IMG/VR virus record: IMGVR_UViG_2540341244_000005
Coordinates: 7,399-71,398 of that record
From: a virus
Lineage: Duplodnaviria > Caudoviricetes
DNA: 64,000 nt
Direction: 5' to 3' (one strand)
Shown: positions 54,725 to 64,000 of the stretch, one piece after another
Layout of the letters: every line of letters begins with the position of its first letter
How positions within the stretch are numbered: position 1 is the stretch's first letter
The notes under the pieces: generated by a model
Told to the model about the DNA's origin: nothing
Database searches by the model: none
What the model saw: only the letters and a program-made list of their open reading frames with translations
Made by a program: the position numbers and the translations under genes

Positions 54725-56998
54725 ATGGAGCGCCAAGTCATTTACCGGGATAGACAAGAGGTCACGGCGGCGGACTTCAACAACGTCCAGCTCTTCGCCG
54801 ACGAATCGCATCAACACCTCGTCATGGACGCCATCACCACCGAGCGGATGTTCGTCGGGCTGCTGGTCACCAAGAAGTCGGCCACCGAGGTCGATGTCGC
54901 GGCCGGACGGCTCTGGGACGGTCCGTCCGGTAAAATCTATCGTAAAGATGAAGCCGAAACCGTGTCGCTGTTCTCCTACTTGCCGGTCTCCGACTTGAAA
55001 TGGCTGTGCCTGTCGGTCATCGGCCAGGAAGTCGAGACCGATCTCCAACCGCGCGATTTTCAGATCGACCTGCAATCCGGCCAGACCGAACCCCGGGCCG
55101 TGGCCATGGAGGCGTTACGCAATGTGGCCATGCTGGCGACTCCGGGGCTTGAATCGCCCTCGCCTCAAAAACCGGAATCGCCCACCGGCTACACAATTAT
55201 TGCCCATGTGCTGCTTGGCACCTCGGGCATTGTTGACATCCAGATTGCGGACAACAAAAAGCTCATGCGCCTGTTCGACGTCTACCAGACCCAGCTCACC
55301 CTGGCGGCCTGGATCGCGGCGGCCTCGCCCAAGCTTGCCTCCATCATGTCCGACCTGGCCTCGCTGGCCGCCCTGGTCAAAGGGCTGCAAACCTCAAGTC
55401 TGACCATGAAATTGGCCGCCGACGTGGCGCTTCTGCGCGACAAACTCGAATTACCTGACACCTATACGGAGTACGACGCCGACAATCTGCTGACCACGGA
55501 AGCCTCCGATCTGACCAATCCCGAGTTTTTTGCCTACGTCTACATGGGTGCCCGCTTCCCCTGGGCCGGCGAGACCGAGCAGCAGCTCGATCTCTTCAAC
55601 CCCTATGACACCGACGTGAAAAACGCCGTGGGGATGGTGCTGCCCGCCTATGACGAGGTCGCCCGACTGTCACTGTCGGGCTATGCCGGCGCTCTGGCCC
55701 TGTCGCAGTACCAGTACCAGAGCGTCACGACCAGGCAGTGCACCCGGACCCGGGTGCGCACGGAATACAGCCCCACCTGGCGGTGGTGCACCAACGGAGC
55801 CAACTTCGGCAACGTGGCCGAGGGCACGGTCATCGAAGACGTGTTCGAGGGAACGGTCCCGGCCGGCGTGAACCTGGGCGACACCCGCTACCGCGAGTCC
55901 TGGTCCCTGGGCGGCAGCCCGGGCCACGTCATCCAGGAATCCCGGGATGTCTGGATTCATGCCTGGCAGGAAAACTACACCGTCATCGACAGCATCACCG
56001 AGACCATCAACGGTTCGATCACGGCCCAGACGGTCCTCAACTCGCAAAACGGCTGGCTGACCAAAATCGGCCTGACGTTTACGGCCAAGGGTCCGGACGG
56101 TGCGGTGACCATGTACCTCATGGACACCGTCAACGGCCTGCCCAACCACGACCGCGTCATCGGCAAGGCCACCGTGGCCGTGGCCGACATCAAGACCAGC
56201 CCGACCGAAACCATTTTCGAGTTCGTCCAGCCGGTGTTCCTGGCCTCGGGCCGCCGCTACGCCATCGTGCTGGTCACCGGCGGGGCGCATTCCGTGGCTC
56301 TAGTCGAGGGCACCGAATATTCCCAGGGCACGCTCTTTTATTCGACGGACGGCGAGTATTATCAGGGGGATTTCACCAAGGATCTCCAGATGACCCTGTA
56401 CTATGCGCAGTTTAGAAACCCGCGCACCGTGGTCGACCTGACGCCGGTCTCCCTGGCCAACGGCATCGCCGTCTTCGACATCCTGCATGAGCGCATCCAG
56501 CCCGACGCCACCTCGCTCACCCTGGAGTACCAGCCCTCGGGCAGCGGCGCGTGGGTCGCCATCACCGAAGGCACCACCGACAAGCTGCTCGGACTGCCGG
56601 CCATGTGCCGGCTGCGCGCGGTGTTTAACGGTTCGCGCGACATCATGCCCTGCCTGGGCCTGGCCGGCTCCAAGCTGCGGGCCAAGCGGCCAGGCACCAG
56701 TTTCCGGCACATCAGCACCTCGCGCGTCCTGGGCACGGCCTCGGACGACATCTCGGTGATCGTGCGTCTCGAAAACTGGGACACGGCCAAGCATAGCTGC
56801 ACGGTCACGCTCCTTTCCGGCGGCGCGCATCTCACCGGCGTGGCCGCCGACGAAACCCTGGACGCCACGACCGTTCGCCGCACCGTGCGCTTCACCCCGG
56901 CCCAGCCGCTGTCGACCTACCAGATCCAGATCGAGGGCACGACCACCACGCCGCTGGTCACCTTCCACGTGGCCCAGCGCATGGACGTGGCCCTGTAA
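54725..56998 (+). CDS. Large baseplate/tail structural protein
   Basis: 757-aa beta-rich protein following gpI. Confidence 0.65.
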   Translation: MERQVIYRDRQEVTAADFNNVQLFADESHQHLVMDAITTERMFVGLLVTKKSATEVDVAAGRLWDGPSGKIYRKDEAETVSLFSYLPVSDLKWLCLSVIGQEVETDLQPRDFQIDLQSGQTEPRAVAMEALRNVAMLATPGLESPSPQKPESPTGYTIIAHVLLGTSGIVDIQIADNKKLMRLFDVYQTQLTLAAWIAAASPKLASIMSDLASLAALVKGLQTSSLTMKLAADVALLRDKLELPDTYTEYDADNLLTTEASDLTNPEFFAYVYMGARFPWAGETEQQLDLFNPYDTDVKNAVGMVLPAYDEVARLSLSGYAGALALSQYQYQSVTTRQCTRTRVRTEYSPTWRWCTNGANFGNVAEGTVIEDVFEGTVPAGVNLGDTRYRESWSLGGSPGHVIQESRDVWIHAWQENYTVIDSITETINGSITAQTVLNSQNGWLTKIGLTFTAKGPDGAVTMYLMDTVNGLPNHDRVIGKATVAVADIKTSPTETIFEFVQPVFLASGRRYAIVLVTGGAHSVALVEGTEYSQGTLFYSTDGEYYQGDFTKDLQMTLYYAQFRNPRTVVDLTPVSLANGIAVFDILHERIQPDATSLTLEYQPSGSGAWVAITEGTTDKLLGLPAMCRLRAVFNGSRDIMPCLGLAGSKLRAKRPGTSFRHISTSRVLGTASDDISVIVRLENWDTAKHSCTVTLLSGGAHLTGVAADETLDATTVRRTVRFTPAQPLSTYQIQIEGTTTTPLVTFHVAQRMDVAL

Positions 56999-57008
56999 GG
57001 CGGTCGTC

Positions 57009-57449
57009 ATGACGCTGGACACCGAAAAATACAGCTTTACGGACGGGAAAACCCCGCTCTCGGCCGGCGAGCTCAACACGCGGTTTTATGCCATCGTTCG
57101 CCGCCTGCATGCCCTGGAGCTGCTCTCCAACGACCTGGATGCGGCCATCGCCCAGGTCCAGAACTACGGGGTGGACCGGATCGAAAACGCGGTCAGGCCG
57201 CTGGCCGACACCCTGAAAAACGAGCTGACGGTTCTGATCGCCCAGGGGCGCGACGACCTGGCCAGCCAATCGGCGGCCGTGGAGGCCAAGCTGGGGGAAA
57301 TGGACGCGGCCATGGCCGCAGCCGCCGCCGCCATTGAGGACATCACGGCCCGGATCGCGGCGGTGGAAGCTGCCCAGCAGCAGTTGGTGGACGTGACCGT
57401 GCCCGACATCATCAAGCAGGCCAAACGACTGGCCCTCGTATTCGGATAG
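57009..57449 (+). CDS. Coiled-coil tail protein
   Basis: YSF.DG.TPL...LN.RF followed by heptad pattern. Confidence 0.6.
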   Translation: MTLDTEKYSFTDGKTPLSAGELNTRFYAIVRRLHALELLSNDLDAAIAQVQNYGVDRIENAVRPLADTLKNELTVLIAQGRDDLASQSAAVEAKLGEMDAAMAAAAAAIEDITARIAAVEAAQQQLVDVTVPDIIKQAKRLALVFG

Positions 57450-57459
57450 GGAGGGACAC

Positions 57460-57783
57460 ATGGCGATTCGAAATTGGCCACTGGCGAGTGTGGCCACCAA
57501 TACCGTCACCGACCTGGTCGCCCCTGGCGCGAACCTGGAAGTGGCCATCGTCGGGATGAGCATCTGCAACACCGGCACGCTGGACACGGCCGACGTCACG
57601 GTCACCCTCACCAGCGCCACCGGCACCATAAAAGCGACCCCGCTCAAAGCCTCCCTCGCCCCCGGAGAGTCCATCCATATCGACACGAAGATCTTCATCG
57701 CCGCCAGCGCCAACCCGGACAAGCTGCGGGTGCTTGCGACGCTGGGGAGCGTGTCCTTCCTGGCCAGCGGAGACGAGGGGTAG
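57460..57783 (+). CDS. Small beta-rich tail protein
   Basis: GGAGG RBS; 107 aa. Confidence 0.6.
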   Translation: MAIRNWPLASVATNTVTDLVAPGANLEVAIVGMSICNTGTLDTADVTVTLTSATGTIKATPLKASLAPGESIHIDTKIFIAASANPDKLRVLATLGSVSFLASGDEG

Positions 57784-57785
57784 CC

Positions 57786-58817
57786 ATGGGCATATCGAAA
57801 TTGGCCGCGCCGTCGGCCTGGACTCACGATTGGACGCTGGGCCCGGGCCTGGCCAACCTGTTCGACCTCTATCCCAGCCGGGGCGACGTCACGATCGGTG
57901 CCGCCACGAACCTGGCCACCGACCTGGACGGGCCGTCCAAGGTCTTCCGGTACGGGGCGCTCACCATCAACGCCGAGTTGTCCATCACCAACCGGGCCCG
58001 GCCGCCCATCATCCTGTGCGACTCCCTGGCCATGGGCGCTGCGGGAAAATTCGTCCTGGACTCTCTGGGCGCACGCGGCGAGTCGTCGTGGCCGTCGGCG
58101 GATTGGGTAGTGCCCCAGATCCTCCGGCTCCGGGGCAAGGCCATTTCGTTGCGGGACGTCCTTGCCGCCATCGCCGCCGCCGGCATTTTCGTAGGCGATC
58201 CCGTGTTCTGGGCGCTCCGGGAGGCCGAGCTGGGGGATTGCACCGGAACCATCGTCAGTGCGTTAGGCGCGGCCCTCATTGCCGCCGCCGGCTGTGCTCC
58301 CGGCGGCGAAGCCCAACGCGCCCCCAACCCGACCTATAATTCGCAGTGCCCCGGAAACGGCGGGTTTGCCGGGGCAAATGCCCCGGGCGGCGGCGCTGGC
58401 GGCGGCGCGGGCTCCGGCGGGACCAACCAGAGCGGCTATGGCGGCCGTGGCGGTCAGGCCCGGCCTTGGAGCGGCGGCGGGGCGGCGACGGGCGCATATG
58501 AGGGCATTGGCCTCGATGCCTGGCCGTTCGGCGGTCCTGGCGCAAACGGGCTGCGCCCCGGCGGGAGCGCTCTGATTCTCTGCCGGGGCGACGTAGCGCT
58601 CGCCGATGGGCACCAATGGAGCGCCAAAGGCGAGGACGGCACAACGGCATATTACGGAGCCCCGGGCGGCGGGCGCATCGGGTTGATCCACGCCGGGGCG
58701 CTCACCGGCGTCTTCAACGGGACCGCCGCCGGCGGCGTCAACTCCGGCACCTACGGCGCAAACGGCGGCGACGGCGTGGCCGATTGCCGGACCTTCGCCC
58801 AGATGGGTTGGAGCTGA
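57786..58817 (+). CDS. Glycine-rich fibre-like protein
   Basis: [18 protein letters not shown] repeats. Confidence 0.65.
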   Translation: MGISKLAAPSAWTHDWTLGPGLANLFDLYPSRGDVTIGAATNLATDLDGPSKVFRYGALTINAELSITNRARPPIILCDSLAMGAAGKFVLDSLGARGESSWPSADWVVPQILRLRGKAISLRDVLAAIAAAGIFVGDPVFWALREAELGDCTGTIVSALGAALIAAAGCAPGGEAQRAPNPTYNSQCPGNGGFAGANAPGGGAGGGAGSGGTNQSGYGGRGGQARPWSGGGAATGAYEGIGLDAWPFGGPGANGLRPGGSALILCRGDVALADGHQWSAKGEDGTTAYYGAPGGGRIGLIHAGALTGVFNGTAAGGVNSGTYGANGGDGVADCRTFAQMGWS

Positions 58818-58819
58818 TC

Positions 58820-59623
58820 ATGGTGGTCGACACACTGTTGCAAGGCCCCAAGGGCGACACCGGACCCGCTGGCCCGGCAGGTCCGACAGGCCCGACCGGC
58901 CCCGTTGGCTCGGCCGGCCCGGCCGGACCCGTTGGACCGACCGGGCCGGCTCCGGCCTGGGTGGTGTTGGCTGGGCCGCCCCCGGCGGATGCCGGCAGCG
59001 ACGGCGATATGGTCCTCGATACCGCCGCCCCGGCCATCTACGGCCCCAAGACGGCCGGCGATTGGGGCACGGCCGTGGCCACTCTCCTGGGCCGGACCGG
59101 TCCGGCCGGCGCGACTGGCCCGACGGGGCCGGCCGGGTCCAGGGGCGACACCGGTCCTGCCGGGCCAGCCGGCCCTGCCGGACCGAACGGATCGGCCGGC
59201 ATGAACGTGGTTTGGCTGGTCGACGCCGGCATCCCGCGCGCCTCCCAGGGCCACGATGGGGACGTCTATCTCGATACCGTGACGGGCAATGTCTACGGCC
59301 CCAAATCGGCCGGCGCATGGGGCATCCCGGTGGCCAACCTCATGGGGCCGGTCGGCCCCATCGGCGTCCAAGGCCCCCAGGGAGCCAAAGGCGCAACCGG
59401 CCAGACCGGGCCGCAGGGGGAGCAAGGCCCGCCGGGCGAGATGCTCGACCACGCCGCGACCCATGCGGCCGGCGGCGGCGATCCCGTTTCGCCCCAGTCC
59501 ATCGGCGCGGCGACCGTCGACCATGACCACGACGGCATCTATGCCCGGGTGTTGCTCGGCTCGGCGGATAGTCCCCCGGAAGGGGCCTATCCCGTGGGCA
59601 CAATGTACATCAAGACGTCGTAG
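58820..59623 (+). CDS. Collagen-like (Gly-X-Y) fibre protein
   Basis: Three GPxGPx tracts separated by two DGD..LDT....YGPK.AG.WG modules. Confidence 0.8.
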   Translation: MVVDTLLQGPKGDTGPAGPAGPTGPTGPVGSAGPAGPVGPTGPAPAWVVLAGPPPADAGSDGDMVLDTAAPAIYGPKTAGDWGTAVATLLGRTGPAGATGPTGPAGSRGDTGPAGPAGPAGPNGSAGMNVVWLVDAGIPRASQGHDGDVYLDTVTGNVYGPKSAGAWGIPVANLMGPVGPIGVQGPQGAKGATGQTGPQGEQGPPGEMLDHAATHAAGGGDPVSPQSIGAATVDHDHDGIYARVLLGSADSPPEGAYPVGTMYIKTS

Positions 59624-59626
59624 GGG

Positions 59627-60868
59627 ATGCCAATGCCAACCGCAGTTTCGTCTTTTGGGAAGATCGTCAATATCGCCGGCTACACCTTGGCCCAGACCAT
59701 GGCGTTTATCAGCAATCTGCTGACCACCTACACCGGGGTCACTATTTACGACCAGGTTTCGACCACCAGCACGGTGTACAAATATCAGGCGTCAGCCAAG
59801 AGCATCCCCGTCTATTTCCAGATCACGGTGACCAGCACCTCGGTCATCACCATCGCAGCCTTCTATCGCTACTGGAACGCGACGACGCACACGGGCGGCA
59901 CGATGGTCGGGGAGAGCCTGACGCTCTCCACGGCCTCCGGTTCCGTCTACCTGATGGCCTGTCCTGGCGTCTTCCACATGGCGACGTGCACCGCCGGGGT
60001 CGTGGACGCGACCACCACCTGGGGGTTTTTTTTCAGTGCCACGCCGTACAACTTCCCGACGCTCCCCGGTGCGCTGCTGACCGCTCCTGCGGCGGCCGGC
60101 AACGGCGTGGTGGTCACGGTGGATAACGTAACCGGGTTCGCTGCCGGGATGAAGATCGCCATCGCAGACCCGGCGAACGGTTGGGACTTCACGACCATCA
60201 TCAGCGTGGGGGCGTCGAGTCTGACGCTGACGAAACTCACAATCCCCCTCTCCATCGGGGCCATTATTTGTGTTCCGCCGACGTTCGTCGAAAATACGTA
60301 TTATGCGGGGGCGCGTCCGGGATTATTGTTGTTTTGTGATGCGAGCCTTCTAGCGGCAACTGTCCCTTCCAGCACTTCTGCATTTACGAATTTCGCGTCT
60401 CAACCGGCAGCCCTCTTCAATATGTCAGTTTCCGGTGTTGATGGGACAACGGGAAAGACGAACACATGCCCTGTCCTTTTGCAATCCTCGGCGTTCTCCA
60501 ATGCCATTCTTGATTACGACGCACTGATATCTACCTACGCGGCCGGGACATTAAACAACTTTCTGGCTTACAGCGCGGACGGCTCCCCCATTGCCAGCGG
60601 CACGGCAACGTCCGGGACGCCCCTGACCCTGGTCAACTCGGCGATGAACTGGGCGACAAATGCCCTGATCGGCCGATATGTCGCCATTTCCGGCGGCACG
60701 AATGCTGGAATGTGCCGCAAAATCACGGCCAACGACGCCACCTCAATCACGGTCGACGAGGCGTTTCCTGCTGCCGTCAACGCCTCGTCGCAATTTGTTA
60801 TTTCTGACCATGTTTATAGATATGGTTTGAACCAAAATCTGAAAATTTTGCCCCGGGAGAAGTGGTAA
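59627..60868 (+). CDS. Thr/Ser-rich putative receptor-binding protein
   Basis: 413 aa, mosaic GC, W.TNAL.G.YV.I..GT.AG..R.I..N motif. Confidence 0.6.
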   Translation: MPMPTAVSSFGKIVNIAGYTLAQTMAFISNLLTTYTGVTIYDQVSTTSTVYKYQASAKSIPVYFQITVTSTSVITIAAFYRYWNATTHTGGTMVGESLTLSTASGSVYLMACPGVFHMATCTAGVVDATTTWGFFFSATPYNFPTLPGALLTAPAAAGNGVVVTVDNVTGFAAGMKIAIADPANGWDFTTIISVGASSLTLTKLTIPLSIGAIICVPPTFVENTYYAGARPGLLLFCDASLLAATVPSSTSAFTNFASQPAALFNMSVSGVDGTTGKTNTCPVLLQSSAFSNAILDYDALISTYAAGTLNNFLAYSADGSPIASGTATSGTPLTLVNSAMNWATNALIGRYVAISGGTNAGMCRKITANDATSITVDEAFPAAVNASSQFVISDHVYRYGLNQNLKILPREKW

Positions 60869-62427
60869 TGGCCGCCGTTTCCGGCCTTGCGTCCCCCGGC
60901 GCGCCTTCGTCCCCGGCCCTGGTGTCGCCGTATGTCGCCATCACCTATTCGTATCTGTCCGGATTGGCGGCCCCTGACCTGTCCAGCCAGGTGACCGGCC
61001 CCACCACGGTCTGGATGTATGACGGCCAGGAGTGGCGTCCGGCATCGTTTATCCACAACCACGACCTCGCCTACGCTCCCATCGCCAGGGGCGTGACCAA
61101 CGGGGATTTCCATAACCACGGCTCCGGGGATGGCGCGCCGATCCATTATGCAACCCTGCTGGGCCTGCCGACCATTCCCGACACCCCGGCCGGCGTGGGC
61201 CTGGATGCCGTCACCAACGACGCCCAGGTCAAGCGGTCCGAGCTGGGCATGCCCGGCGGCGTGGCCAGCCTGGACGGCAACGGGTTGGTGGCACAGGAGC
61301 CGGCCAGCGCCACCTCCACGCCTGGGGCGCTCAAGATCGTCAAAACCGGGGTTTCCGGGCTGTTGGACGCCTGGATCTCGGCCGCGTCCACGGCCATCAA
61401 GGGGCTGGTGCAGCTGGCCACGGCCGCCGAAGCCAAGGCCGGAACCGTCGACGACAAGGCCGTCACCCCGGCCGGCCTGGCCGCGTCGGCCAAGGGGCTC
61501 ATCAACGCCTATACCAATATCTACGTGCGCCCCGATGGCAACGACGCCAACGACGGCACGGCCAACAACGCGGCCCACGCCAAACTGACCATCGCCGGGG
61601 CGCTTTCCAGCATCGCCGGCAAGCTCATCGCCCCGGGCGTGACCGTGACCATCCAGGTGGCGGATGGAACGTATTCTGTTCCCGCGACCATAGCTCTCGA
61701 TCATCCCGACGGGGATAAAATATCAATTCTTGGCAACACTTCAGCGGAAACAAGTGTTCCCATAACAGCCATCAACGCAGCCGCGAAAACTCTCGCCGTG
61801 GTTGGAGATTATACGGGCAGTCTCCTGGCTGGCGACATTTTCGGGCTCCTCGGCAGCAGCACCAGCGGGCTCAACGGAGCCTACGTTGCTTCGAGCGTCG
61901 CTTTCGATGGGACATATACGGTTATCACGTGCGCGACCGAAAGCTTTGCCTCGGAAGTGGTCGGCGGTGGATACGTCCTCATCAAGCCGTGCAACAGGTG
62001 CGTACTTAACTTCGCGGCGTATGGGTTTAACATTACAACAAAGATCAAAAATATTAATGGTTTTCGATTTAACGGAGTAGGCGGAACCGTTTACAAAGCC
62101 GTAATGTCTTCACAGACTGGAGCGTTTGGCACCATTGTTAACTGCATAGCCCACAATATGGGTTACGGTTATTCCGCCTCCATGATGTCACTATTGCAGA
62201 CAAACGGATGCATATCAAAGAGCTGTTATTCTGGATTCAACGCCCTTTCCATGGGTTGCATGACATGGACTGGCAATAAAAACATTAGTGATTCATGTAC
62301 ATTCGGGGCTAATCCTTACGGCATGTCCTTCATGGGGTACACGGCGAACTTCATAGCGCGCAACAATACGACAAACTTCTCTCCTGCTGTTGGAACTGCC
62401 GGCTCCGGGAACTCTTTCATTTTGTGA
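60868..62427 (+). CDS. Tail fibre protein with AT-rich variable C-terminus
   Basis: VGL..V.ND.Q, GVASLD..G, AST..KG.VQLAT..EA.AG..AVTP fibre repeats, IYV..DGNDANDG. Confidence 0.85.
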   Translation: MAAVSGLASPGAPSSPALVSPYVAITYSYLSGLAAPDLSSQVTGPTTVWMYDGQEWRPASFIHNHDLAYAPIARGVTNGDFHNHGSGDGAPIHYATLLGLPTIPDTPAGVGLDAVTNDAQVKRSELGMPGGVASLDGNGLVAQEPASATSTPGALKIVKTGVSGLLDAWISAASTAIKGLVQLATAAEAKAGTVDDKAVTPAGLAASAKGLINAYTNIYVRPDGNDANDGTANNAAHAKLTIAGALSSIAGKLIAPGVTVTIQVADGTYSVPATIALDHPDGDKISILGNTSAETSVPITAINAAAKTLAVVGDYTGSLLAGDIFGLLGSSTSGLNGAYVASSVAFDGTYTVITCATESFASEVVGGGYVLIKPCNRCVLNFAAYGFNITTKIKNINGFRFNGVGGTVYKAVMSSQTGAFGTIVNCIAHNMGYGYSASMMSLLQTNGCISKSCYSGFNALSMGCMTWTGNKNISDSCTFGANPYGMSFMGYTANFIARNNTTNFSPAVGTAGSGNSFIL

Positions 62428-62434
62428 GGCAACT

Positions 62435-62938
62435 ATGCAGCTCGTCATCCGCAACGGGGCCATCGTGGCCACCCATCCCGATGGCCAGGATATCGCCGGG
62501 CTGTACCCCGACGGCATCGCGGTACAAGTCCCCAATGGGACGCCTGCCGAGGTCGGCCAGCCGTGGACGGTGGATCTGGACATGGCCAAGACGGCCGTTT
62601 GCGCCGACATCGACGCACGAGCCGAGAAACTGCGCCAGATGGTCCTGACCCCCGGGGCCGGCCAGATGGCCGCCTATCAGGAAAAGGAACGCCAAGCGCG
62701 CCTGTTGCAGGCCGATCCGAATCCCGAAGAGGGCAACTACCCCGATATCTATAATGAGGTTGGCATCACCGCCGACACGGCCCAGGAGGTGGCGGCGGCG
62801 GTCCTGGAGGCTGCCGGACAGTGGCGCGCCTATGGTCGGATGGTGGAGCGCGCCCGGCTGACCGGCAAGAAAGCCGTTGGCCAGGCGGCCGATCTGGCCG
62901 GCATCCTGGCCGCCCGCGACGGGGTGACCTGGCCATAA
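62435..62938 (+). CDS. Tail fibre assembly/DUF4376-like protein
   Basis: EVGITADTAQEVA...W...VE.ARL motif. Confidence 0.7.
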   Translation: MQLVIRNGAIVATHPDGQDIAGLYPDGIAVQVPNGTPAEVGQPWTVDLDMAKTAVCADIDARAEKLRQMVLTPGAGQMAAYQEKERQARLLQADPNPEEGNYPDIYNEVGITADTAQEVAAAVLEAAGQWRAYGRMVERARLTGKKAVGQAADLAGILAARDGVTWP

Positions 62939-62942
62939 AAGC

Positions 62943-63020
62943 GGAGCAGGCGGGACGGGTGCAACCGTCCCACTGGCCCGGCGTGGTGACGCCGGTCCAC
63001 CGGCTTTCGCCAGCTGCTCC
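62943..63020 (-). ncRNA. Putative tRNA-sized cloverleaf RNA divergent from com (copy 2)
   Basis: GGAGCAG/CTGCTCC, GGC-GAAA-GCC, CCGGCGT/ACGCCGG, GGGACGG-TTGCAC-CCGTCCC; covaries with 11683-11756. Confidence 0.65.
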
Positions 63021-63084
63021 CTCCCCTGCGCATCAAGGGTAGGACGGGCGTAGCAGGCGGCAGCGCAACGTGTAAAGGTTGGAG

Positions 63085-63270
63085 ATGCGGGAGATTCGAT
63101 GCGGAGGGTGTAACAAGCTGTTGGCCAGGGGAGAGGTGGTCGACCTCTCCATTAAGTGCCCCCGGTGTGGGGAACTCAACCACGTGAGGGCCTTCACGAG
63201 CCCCGACCTAGAGAGCCAGAGAGCCCCGCAGAGGGAGCCCTCGCGTGGATCACAAAAAATCGGTCTTTGA
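63085..63270 (+). CDS. com: Com zinc-finger translational activator
   Basis: EIRCGGCNKLLA...IKCPRCGELN; overlaps the MTase start. Confidence 0.9.
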   Translation: MREIRCGGCNKLLARGEVVDLSIKCPRCGELNHVRAFTSPDLESQRAPQREPSRGSQKIGL

Positions 63271-64000
63271 CAACGGGATACTCTACAATGGCGATTCCTT
63301 GGCCGTCCTTCGGGATCTGCCGGACGGCATGATTGACGCCGTTCTGACCGATCCGCCGTATTCGAGCGGCGGCCTGCACGCTGGCGCGCGACGCGCCGAC
63401 CCGGCCCAAAAGTACCAGTCGACCGGGACCAAGCGGATTTACCCGCCGATGCTCGGCGACTGCAAGGACCAGCGGAGTTTCATCCTATGGGCGACCCTGT
63501 GGCTGTCCGAATGCTGGCGCTTGGCCCAGTCTGGAGCGCCTTGCCTGGTGTTCTCGGATTGGCGGCAACTTCCCGCCATGACGGATGCCATCCAGGCGGC
63601 AGGCTGGGAGTGGCGCGGCATTGTGGTCTGGCACAAGCCGTCAGCCCGGCCCATGTTGGGCAGTTTCAAGCGCGACTGCGAGTTCGTGATCCATGCCGTC
63701 AAAGCGCCGGCCAAGGTGTTTACCCGGCGCTGCTTTCCGGGCGTTTACACCCACCATGTCAACGCTGCCGCCAAGGTCCACTTGACGAGCAAGCCCGTGC
63801 CACTCCTGGTTGACCTCCTCGGCGTTGTACCCGATGGCGGCACGGTCCTGGACCCATTTGTGGGCGGGGGCACCACGCCCATGGCCTGCATTGAGACCAG
63901 CCACAAGTTTCTGGGAGTGGAGTTGTCCAAGGACTACTTTGAGTTGGCAAGCGAGCGGATCAGGACGGCGGAGATCGCCTCGGGCATGCCTCCGAAATAA
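63245..64000 (+). CDS. Orphan N6-adenine/N4-cytosine DNA methyltransferase (beta class)
   Basis: TDPPY catalytic motif precedes H...KP and DPFVGGGTT SAM-binding motif. Confidence 0.93.
   Translation: MDHKKSVFDNGILYNGDSLAVLRDLPDGMIDAVLTDPPYSSGGLHAGARRADPAQKYQSTGTKRIYPPMLGDCKDQRSFILWATLWLSECWRLAQSGAPCLVFSDWRQLPAMTDAIQAAGWEWRGIVVWHKPSARPMLGSFKRDCEFVIHAVKAPAKVFTRRCFPGVYTHHVNAAAKVHLTSKPVPLLVDLLGVVPDGGTVLDPFVGGGTTPMACIETSHKFLGVELSKDYFELASERIRTAEIASGMPPK

Larger units (their letters stand above)
38902..64000 (+). mobile_element. Second late module: lysis, head, P2-like contractile tail, fibres, com-MTase
   Basis: Continuous plus-strand operon with a different capsid family and P2-type U/X/D/V/W/J/I baseplate genes. 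Confidence 0.92.

Noticed and set aside
58840-59440. Repetitive GC-rich DNA as a CRISPR array or tandem repeat element
   Set aside because: Explained by Gly-Pro-X collagen codons; no repeat-spacer periodicity and no cas genes

Overview
The whole window is prophage DNA from a GC-rich host; a REP-like palindrome and the gene content suggest a Desulfovibrio-type deltaproteobacterium (inference). It has four blocks. (1) 240-10725 is the early region of a Mu-like transposable phage (cI, CII-like, Ner-like, MuA, MuB, HU, GemA) ending in a transposon end with TCTCATtTTGCC repeats. (2) 10726-33049 is a minus-strand Mu-type head and contractile-tail module ending in com-mom. It carries AT-rich morons (a SIR2 protein, two membrane proteins) and internal deletions in two neck genes (gp36, gpG). 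(3) 33189-38741 is a single minus-strand packaging module (TerS, TerL, portal, MuF with a nuclease-like C-terminus). (4) 38902-64000 is a second, different plus-strand lysis, head and P2-like tail module ending in com and a DNA methyltransferase. The simplest explanation is one transposable phage inserted into the right end of another, followed by inversion across their F/G genes. The window also holds several structured-RNA candidates found by eye: two type II hammerhead ribozymes in the early operon, a covarying tRNA-sized cloverleaf upstream of both com genes, a kissing-loop four-way-junction RNA behind the MuF nuclease-like domain, and a leader with twin CCAGA hairpins. Protein calls rest on motif recognition and gene order; no database searches were run.
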